A DNA stretch of 64,000 bases from the human T2T-CHM13v2.0 reference genome, Homo sapiens: assembly GCF_009914755.1 (NCBI RefSeq), contig NC_060936.1; one strand, 5' to 3'. The stretch's first letter is position 1; every line of letters begins with the position of its first letter. Under the pieces are notes generated by a model. It had not been told where the DNA came from, searched no databases, and saw nothing but the letters and a program-made list of their open reading frames with translations. Positions 52,935 through 64,000 of this stretch are shown in pieces. Position numbers and translations under genes: made by a program.

Positions 52935-53490
52935 GGTTTGCATCACATTTATCTGCAGCATGGGGTAAAATAGAAACTCCCAGACTCCATTCTGGAGAAG
53001 ATGGTTCGTAATAACGTTGGGCTGTGGCCCTTGAATCTATATTTTCATGGCATACCACAGGTCATTATAATGGGTAGCCAGATTTGTAAACCGCTGTTCT
53101 CTCTCTTGAAATGCATAAAATTAAACCAGGTCAAAAGGATGCCTATTTGGGAGGCAAGCTCTCACCACTTCCTAGGACCCTATCTTAATGTCAGGGAATG
53201 ACTTGGGCCCAAAGAGCCTTGTGTTCTTTGTGCTTCAGCATCAATAAATGCTGTATGGCTCCTGCTTGCTCCTAAGACCAGGTCCATGCATTTCAGCAGC
53301 TGGCGCCAACTGGCCTGAAGCCTGCACCGGGTGAGTGTTTTGTAAAGTAGGCTCCCAGGATGGCACCTTGAATGAGAATGTAAAACATTACCTAGTCCCA
53401 CTGCAGAGTTACTGAATTATAATTTCTGGGATGAACCCAGGGATCTACATTTTTAACAGGTTCCCCAAGAGGTTCCTGCTCCTGCTAAAC
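52935..53490. mobile_element. MER5-like (hAT-Charlie) DNA transposon fragments
   Basis: GAATTATAATTTCTGGGATGAACCCAGGGATCTACATTTTTAACAGGTTCCCCAAGAGGTTC, and a similar degenerate copy at ~52940-53095. Confidence 0.55.
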
Positions 53491-56400
53491 TGGGACTATC
53501 TAGACCAAGCTCACCCACTGAGCAGACAGATTTGAGGAATGCATTGAGAGGGTGGCAGGTCCAGCAGGTCAAACACAGAACCCACAGATCTGGTAACAAC
53601 CAGCCATAGTGTGGAGGAGGAGGAGGGCCAAGCAAGGGGAGTGAATCAAGGTCTTGACCTCTAGGCAGAATTAGGAAATTCTAGGCAGTAGTGTGGAGGG
53701 AGCGGAGAAGAGACCTGGGATAGGAAACTTAGGGGCACTTTGGTCATGGACTTCTCTTGTCATGGTCCTGGGAACTGGGGACAGGATACCAGTCCCTCCA
53801 AGGAAACTGGAGTCCAAGGCAGGTTCCAGAGGAAGAATTTAGATTAGACGAAACAAAGCAGAAACCTATTGTCAATTCTGGCTACCCAAGTGACTCAAGG
53901 AAGAGTCCCTGAATATAAGATTCCTCTGGCCTAAGGTGAAACTGATTCTGCAGGTGGAAAATAATATGGCAGCTATGAGTAAAGGGAGGCTAAAGGCTAG
54001 GTAGGGCAACACCTGACCACACTACATTGCCCTGGGAAAAAGGAGGATGGCCACGGCATCCTCCCTGCTGGAGGAAGAAATTCTTACACCTGAACTTGGG
54101 TGTAATCATTCTATAGTAAGATGTTCTCATAGTACCCCAGTCTTAATGAAGAAATAATTATAAAGAAAAGAGAATGCTGATTAGCTGCAAAAAAGCATTC
54201 AATTATATTTTCATTTATGAAAACCAGCTGTTTTATGTAGCCAGCAAAATTAATTTGTATAACTTTTGCTCATTTTAGTAACAAAAGAAAGTGAAATAAA
54301 AGAATGTAAAGGATAGTATGTAACCAAGAGATGTACACAAACTTTAGTTAAAACAGTTCCATGCTGGAGATGCTTTATAAAAACTGGCATTTTATCGGCA
54401 ACTTGTTATGTGAATTGTAATAAGTAGCAATTTTTTAAAATGTGAAACTATGCAAAAGGATAAACTCATCCATTGTCTCTTTCTATATGCAAGGGACTAT
54501 ACCAAGTGTCATAAAACATTAACTATTCATTCATCAATATTCAGTGCCTATCCATTCTAAGATACAAAGTTCCATTCCTACATAAGCTTAAATGTAATAG
54601 AGGATAATATAATGTGTGATGTGATATGGTATGATATTATATAACATAACCTAACATAATATAATTTTGTTATTTACATGCAATATATATAATCTCCTAT
54701 CAAAGCAACACTAGGACCTGGTTCCTCTGTTTCAAAACACCCCTAGTTATTTCTAAGTGTATCCAGTGAGGGAACCTCTCACATGCCCATAGACCAGCTT
54801 GTCATCAGCAGTTGTCCCCTGATTCTCTTCCTATGTTCTGGCATCTATTTCACTCCAGCTGTTGATGGAGCCACTTAGAAAAGTTCAGAGAGGGACACCC
54901 TTGCCAACCCCCAAAGTGTGGTTGCGAAGAATTCCCAAGCTTCTGTCCCAAGGAGGTCCCCACCTGGATGGGCTTGGCAGTGGTGGGGAGAAAGGAATCC
55001 TGAGTTCCTTAGGACCCAGGGCAGGAACCAGAGGTCTTGCCAGCCCCTGCATCTTCCTCTTCCTCCTTTTTGCTCTGCTCCTTCCTCCTCCTGCCATAAA
55101 AGCCTCTCCTACATGTTAATGGTAAGAAATTAGTCGAGCACAGAAGACAGAAAGGAGTTGGGGCCTGGCATTTCCTGCGTTAGCAGTATCCAAGCCCAAA
55201 GACTCCAATGTGAGTTTCTCAACTGCTGGACTCATGCCTGGGCTATGATTTAGTACTGGGGATAGCAATCTTTTTCTGTATACTTCTTTAGGACAGCTAC
55301 CAAGGAGTATTGACTCTCAATCCTATGGTTTTGGAGGCAAATATTGCTTTTAGGCAAATATTATTTTAACTCTATGTGGAATAGGAAGAGAGGCCGGTAA
55401 TTTGGAAGTATTTAGGATGCCAATATTTAATGAAGGAATATGACACCAGAAGATATTAACTGAATTTTTCTCTTCTGGTAAATTATCTGTTTGCATTGCT
55501 TTGGGAAACACACGCAAAAGTTGGCTATTAAGTTTTCTTTAAAAGACACCGGGAATGTGGCTTCCCATTACTATGTATTACCACCTCACCAATAAGTACA
55601 GTAGCTAGTGACTTAACTCTGACAAAACAATTAGTGCACTTTGGGGTCTGTGATCTGTTTAGCATTCTGTTTAGCATCAGGAGAGGCTGGAGGGAAAGAC
55701 ATTGGCAGACCTCAGGCTTCCACTTTAGGAAGCTGAGGCCCCCAGGCCTGGCCTCTCAGAGAGAAATTTGTTCTCCCCTTCCTCTTTCTGGGCCAGAAGG
55801 CTAAAGGATCTATTTAGATTTCAGAGCAGTGGAGGTGATACTGGGAGGGGTAGGGCAGAGGAGGGAAGATGGGAGCTTGCTCTGCTCCCTTGGCCTCACA
55901 CTGGGTCGCTTTGGGGTTACAGTGGCTTTAGGTCATCTGAGACCCCAGTTCTTGGTTTTCTGCCATGATTAGGGACAAATCTTCATGGTCTAGGAACATT
56001 TACATTTCTCCACTCCCAGGAGCCCGCCCTTCTGCCCTGAAGATTAGGCACAGCCGTGCCCTGAAGTTAACAAAAAAGACAAAGATCCATGGCCACTAAA
56101 AATGGGAGATGTATATACAACATTTCTCTTACATTTAAAAAACAGGGAGCTCTTCAGGGGCTCCTGATAAAGAAAGTGCATAAGAATCACACAGTTCTCA
56201 GTATTTCCCCTCTCTCCCACTTTTCCACCCATCTCATGTAGGCACTAAAAAGAAATTTGAAAATTTGCTCCACTGATAACATATGTGCCTAAGTGCCTGG
56301 CCTTTGTGGTAAAAGATGCCTCAAAGATGCAGAGATGGAATTTCCAAGCTGCAATCACAAATCCCTATATAACTTCTTTCATGGAGACATTAATAACATA

Positions 56401-56800
56401 CAATATATGCTTGGGAAAGAGGCAGAATCTGAAGAACTCCATTCCCTGTTTGCAAAATGAAAAGTTAAATTTTCCTATTTATTCAATGAACATTTCTTGA
56501 ATATCTGAATTCTCTATGCCAGATGACATGATACACGCATGAGAACGGAGCTAATAGCCTTTGAGGATGACAGGCTCAAGTGGGTTTTCAAGGTGGTTAG
56601 TACAGTGACAGAGGTCAGCTAAGTAAAAAGTGTGTGTGCAGAGAGAGGACACTCCGCTCCACCTGGGGAAAAAGAGAGTGAGGAGGGATTTCCTGAGGAG
56701 GTAACGCCTAACCTGAGGCTTAAAGAATTATGAAAGAAGGGACCAAGACAGCATGATCTTGCGGATAGATGACAGTTGATGAAGAACGTTACATGCGGCT

Positions 56801-57241
<441 letters not shown>

Positions 57242-57329
57242 TTATTCCTTTAATATTATTTATCCCATTAATAATTCTAATTATTTAAATGATTTATACG
57301 TCTTATCCTCAATATATACTGTTACCTAA

Positions 57330-58215
57330 AATCAGTAACAAGGTTGTCTACTCTTGCCACTTTTATTCAATATTGTGCTAAAGGTTCTATCCTGGGCAAT
57401 TAGGCAAGAAAATGAGGTAAAAAACATCCAGATTGAAAAGAAAGTAAAACTATCTCTATTTGAAGATGATGTAATCTAGTATAAAGAAAATCCAAAAGGA
57501 TGCACAGCAAACTATTAGAACTAATAAATTGGTTCATCAAGGATTCAGGATAAAAGATCAATTTGTAAAATCAATTTTATTTCTATACAATTGTAATGAA
57601 CAATCTGAAAATAAAATTAAGAAAATGATTGTATTTATAGTAGCATCAAAAAGGATAAAATGCTTAGGAATACATTTAATAAAAGAAGTGTAAAGTTTAT
57701 AGTCTGAAAACTGCAATACATTGTTGAAAGAAATTTAGAAAAATTTTACAAATAGAAAGACATTGTAGTCTTTTATCCCACACTGAGTGATAGGTGCACC
57801 AAAATCTCAGAAATCACCACTAAAGAACTTATCCGTGTAACCAAAAATCAACTGTACTCCAACAACTACTGAAATAAAAATAAATAATTAAAATAATGGA
57901 AAAACACCTCATGTTACTGGAATAGAAGACCCAACATTGTTAAGATGGCAGCAATACTCCCTAAATTGATACACAGATTCCATGCAATGCCTATCAAAAT
58001 TCCTACTGTGTTCTTTGCAGAAACGGACAAGCTGACTCTAAAATTCATATGGAAATTAAAGAGGTCACAATAGTCTTGAAGAATAAACTTACAGAGCTCA
58101 CACCTTCAATTAGTCAAGACAATATGGTGCTACAGCTATAAATGAAAATATATGCCATCAATGGAACAGATTGATGGCATAGATTCCATTGATGGCATAC
58201 ATCTACTTTTATAGA
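57330..58215 (+). mobile_element. L1M ORF2-region fragment with a short inserted L1 3' end (~57785-57895)
   Basis: Degenerate RT-region sequence (...CTCTATTTGAAGATGATGTAATC...). The insert reads GGTGCACCAAAATCTCAGAAATCACCACTAAAGAACTTATCC...AATAAA. Confidence 0.85.
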
Positions 58216-58249
58216 AGGAAAAGAATCTAACTTTTCTATTTTTTTTAAT

Positions 58250-59392
58250 CTTCTTACCTCCAAACCTTTGGCAACCACCATTCTGCTCCATGCTTCTATG
58301 GATTCAACTTTTTGGATTCCATATATTGGTGAGATCATGCAATGTGTCTTTCTGTCCCTGGCTTATGCCAGTTGGCATAATGTCCTCCAGGTTCATCCAT
58401 GTTGTTGCAGATAGCAGGATTCTCTTCTTTTTCAAGGCTGAATACTATTCCATTGTGTATATATTCCATGTTTTCTTTATCCACTCACCTGTTGATGAAC
58501 ACTTAAGTTTATTGCATATCTTGACTATTGTGAGTACTGCCTCAATGAACATGGGAGTGCAGAAATCTTTTCAACATACTGACTTCATTTCCTTTGGCTC
58601 TATACGCAGACATGGGATTGCTGGATCGAATAGTAGTTCTATTTCATAATTTTTTGAAGAAACTTCATACTGTTTACCACAATGGCTATATGAATTTACA
58701 TTCCCGTCAACAGTGTACAAAGCTTTCTTTTTCTTTACATCCTCACCTTAACACTTGCTATCTAATTGTCTTTTTGATAATAGCCATTCTAACAGGTATG
58801 AGGCACTATCTCATTGTGGTTTTAATTTGTACTTCACATATGATTAGGGATATTGAGCATTTTTTCATATACTTCTTGGCCTTTTGTATGTCTTCTCTTG
58901 ACAAATATTTATTTAGGTCCTTTGGCCACTTTTAAATCAGATTATTTGTTTTCTTGCTATTGAGTTATTTGAGTTCTTATATACTTTTGATACTAAATTT
59001 CTTATCAGATATATGCTTTGCAAATGTTTTCTATGTTCTGTCATATGTTATCTCTTTATTCTGTTGATTGTTACGATTGCTATGCAGCAGTTTTAGTTTG
59101 ATGCAATCTAATTTTTCTATTTTTGCTTTTGTTGTTTATGCTTTTGGGGTCATGTCCAAAAATAATTGCCCTGACCAATGTCAAGAAGCTTTTTCCCTAT
59201 GTTGCATCTAGCAGTTTTACAGTCTCAGGCCTTACATTTAGGCCTTTGATCTATTTTGAGTTAATTTTTATATGGTATAAGAAAAGAGTCTAATTCCATT
59301 CTTCTGCATGTGGATATCCAGTTTTCCCAAAATTATTTATTGAAACAGACTTATTTCCCTGTTGTGTGTTCTTGCCAACTTTGTCAAAGATC
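58250..59392 (-). mobile_element. L1MA/L1MB element interrupted by a MER4 provirus
   Basis: Reverse L1 3'UTR and ORF2 end, stopping abruptly at ...TTGTCAAAGATC|TGTGAACC. Confidence 0.9.
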
Positions 59393-59840
59393 TGTGAACC
59401 CTGAAAATCTGAGACAGGTCTCACTTGATTTAGAAAGTTTATTTTGCCAAAGTCAAGGATGCACACCCATGACACAGCCTCAGGAAGTCCTGATGACATG
59501 TGACCAAGGTGGTTAGAGTGCAGTTTGATTTTATACATATTAGAGAGACATGAGACATCAATCAACATATGTAAGATGAAAATTGGTTCAGTCTGGAAAG
59601 GCAGGACAACTCAAGGAGGGAGGGGGCTTCCAGGTCATAGGTAGATATGAGAAAAAGCGTTGTATTCTTTTGAGTTTCTGATGAGCCTTTCCAAAGGAGG
59701 CAATCACATGTGCATTTATCTCAGTGAGTACAGGGGTTACACTGAATAGAATGGGAGGCAGGTTTGCCCTAAACAGTTCCCAGCTTGAATTTTCCTTCTA
59801 ACTTAGCGATTTGGGGTGCCCAAGATATTTTCCTTTCACA
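59393..59840 (-). mobile_element. MER4A1-like ERV1 LTR (3' LTR of a provirus)
   Basis: Minus strand reads TGTGAAAGGAAAATATCTTGG...GGTTCACA (TG...CA termini). CCAAT at 59586-59582, TATAAAA at 59535-59529, AATAAA at 59443-59438. Preceded by a polypurine tract. Confidence 0.88.
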
Positions 59841-60138
59841 TTTACCGCCTTTTCTTTTTGAAAATCTTTTGGAGAAAGGATTTTAGAAGAAAATGAGTCT
59901 CTGGTCTCAGGTTTCATTTGATCTGTGATGGCTAAGATGGTTTATCCCTAGGCATGTAGGTCTGGAGTTATTAGGAAAGTTCATTTTTAGAAAGTTGTGA
60001 AGTTTCCTGTCCTATGAAGAGGAAATAAGGGGAAGAAGGAAGAAAAACAACAAACAAAAGAACAATACTGGAAAATTAATATAGGCCACATTACTCTGAA
60101 GTCCATACATCAGTAGGTGGGTATGAAAGTGGCATACG
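59841..60138 (-). mobile_element. MER4-group internal sequence (3' end with PPT)
   Basis: AAAAAGAAAAGGCGGTAAA directly abuts the LTR TG; non-L1 sequence continues to the L1PA junction. Confidence 0.7.
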
Positions 60139-60818
60139 GCCTGGCTCAGAGGGTCCTACGCCCACGGAGCCTCGCTCATTCCTAGCACAGCAGTCTGAGA
60201 TCAAACTGCAAGGCGGCAGCGAGGCTGGGGGAGGGGCGCCCAGCATTGCTGAGGCTTGAGTAGGTAAACAAAGCGGCCAGGAAGCTCCAACTAGGTGGAG
60301 CCCACCTCAGCTCAAGGAGGTCTGCCTGCTCTGTAGACTCCACCTCTGGGGGTAGGTAATAGCCAAACAAAAGGCAGCAGAATCCTCTTCAGACTTAAAT
60401 GTCCCTGTCTGACAGCTTTGAAGAGAGTAGTGGTTCTCCCAGCACGCAGCTGGAGATCTGAGAATGGACAGATTGCCTCCTCAAGTGGGTCCTTGACCCC
60501 GAGTAGCCTAACTGGGAGGCACCCCCCAGTAGGGGCAGACTGACATCTCATACGGCTGGGTACTCCTCTAAGACAAAATTCCAGAGGAACGATCAGGCAG
60601 CAACATTTGCTGCTCACCAATATCCGCTGTTCTGCAGCCTCTGCTGCTGATACCCAGGCAAACAGGGTCTGGAGTGGACCTCCAGCAAACTCCAACAGAC
60701 CTGCAGCTGAGGGTCCTGACTGTTAGAAGGAAAACTACCAAACAGAAAGGACATCCACACCAAAAACCCATCTGTACGTCACCATCATCAAAGACCAAAG
60801 GTAGATAAAACCACAAAG

Positions 60819-61831
60819 ATGGGGGAAAAAAAGATTAGAAAAACTGGAAACTCTAAAAAGCAGAGTGCCTCTCCTCCTCCAAAGGAACGCAGCTCCTCAC
60901 CAGCAATGGAACAAAGCTGGATGGAGAATGACTTTGACGAGTTGAGAGAAGGCTTCAGACGATCAAACTACTCTGAGCTAAAGGAGGAAGTTCGAACCCA
61001 TAACAAAGAAGTTAAAACCTTGAAAAAAAATTAGTCAAATGGCTAACTAGAATAACCAGTGCAGAGAAGTTCTTAAAGGACCTGATGGAGCTGAAAACCA
61101 AGGCACGAGAACTATGTGACAAATGCACAAGCCTCAGTAGCTGATTCGATCAACTGGAAGAAAGGGTATCAGGGATGGAAGATCAAATGAATGAAATGAA
61201 GTGAGAAGAGAAGTTTAGAGAAAAAAGAATAAAAAGAAATGAACAAAGCCTCCAAGAAATATGGGACTATGTGAAAAGACCAAATCTACGTTTGATTGGT
61301 GTACCTGCAAGTGACGAGGAGAATGGAACCAAGTTGGAAAACACTCTGCAGGATATTATCCAGGAGAACTTCCCTAATCTAGCAAGGCAGGCCAAAATTC
61401 AAATTCAGGAAAAACACAGAATGCCACAAAGATACTCCTCAAGAAGAGCAACTCCAAGACACATAATTGTCAGATTCACCAAAGTTGAAATGAAGGAAAA
61501 AATGGTAAGGGCAGCCAGAGTGAAAGGTCGGGTTACCCACAAAGGGAGGCCCATCAGACTAACAGTGGATCTCTCCACAGAAACTCTACAAGCCAGAAGA
61601 GAGTGGGGTCCAATATTCAACAGGCTTAAAGAAAAGAATTTTCAACCCAGAATTTCATATCCACCCAAACTAAGCTTCATAAGTGAAGGAGAAATAAAAT
61701 ACTTTACAGACAAACAAATGCTGAGAAATTTTGTCACCACCAGGCCTGCCCTAAAAGAGCTCCTGAAGGAAGCACTAAGCATGGAAAGGAACAACCGTTA
61801 CCAGCCACTGCAAAAACTTGCCAAATTGTAA
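60819..61831 (+). pseudogene. L1 ORF1p, disrupted
   Basis: MGEKK...KKQSASPPPKERSSSPAMEQSW and KRPNLRLIGVP...RNNRYQPLQK. Frameshift near the A-run at ~61025 and in-frame stops. Confidence 0.95.
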
Positions 61832-61894
61832 AGACCATTAAGGATAGGAAGAAACTGCATCAACTAACAAGCAAAATAACCAGCTAACATCACA

Positions 61895-64000
<2,106 letters not shown>

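Noticed and set aside
59099-59107. Second TGATGCAAT element
   Set aside because: Inside an L1 body, where this sequence is common.

Overview
Primate genomic DNA (human or a close hominid; it carries Alu, L1PA, L2, MIR and MER4/MLT2 LTRs). The window covers the 5' part of SLC38A4 (SNAT4, system A amino-acid transporter) on the minus strand, plus about 20 kb of upstream sequence. Visible gene parts: the first coding exon (4198-4428, ATG at 4316, MDPMELRNVNIEPDDESSSGESAPDSYIGIGNSEKAAMS), a 192-nt non-coding exon (14838-15029), a CpG-island first exon (donor at 37129), and a second CpG island (~42.1-43.3 kb) with a further first-exon donor at 43552. The rest is AT-rich intronic or intergenic DNA with interspersed repeats. 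The window ends in a nested L1M > MER4 provirus > L1PA stack. There is no prokaryotic-type system and no second host protein-coding gene. The best leads are regulatory: (1) an L1 antisense promoter/ORF0 fused to ERV sequence, and a MER4A1-like LTR promoter, both pointing at SLC38A4; (2) an orphan internal exon upstream of all promoters; (3) ZFP57 motifs in the CpG islands; (4) a candidate HNF4-driven intragenic first exon; (5) two uORFs; (6) an in-frame alternative donor adding 32 aa. All of these are sequence-level hypotheses. Repeat subfamily names and boundaries were called by eye and are approximate.
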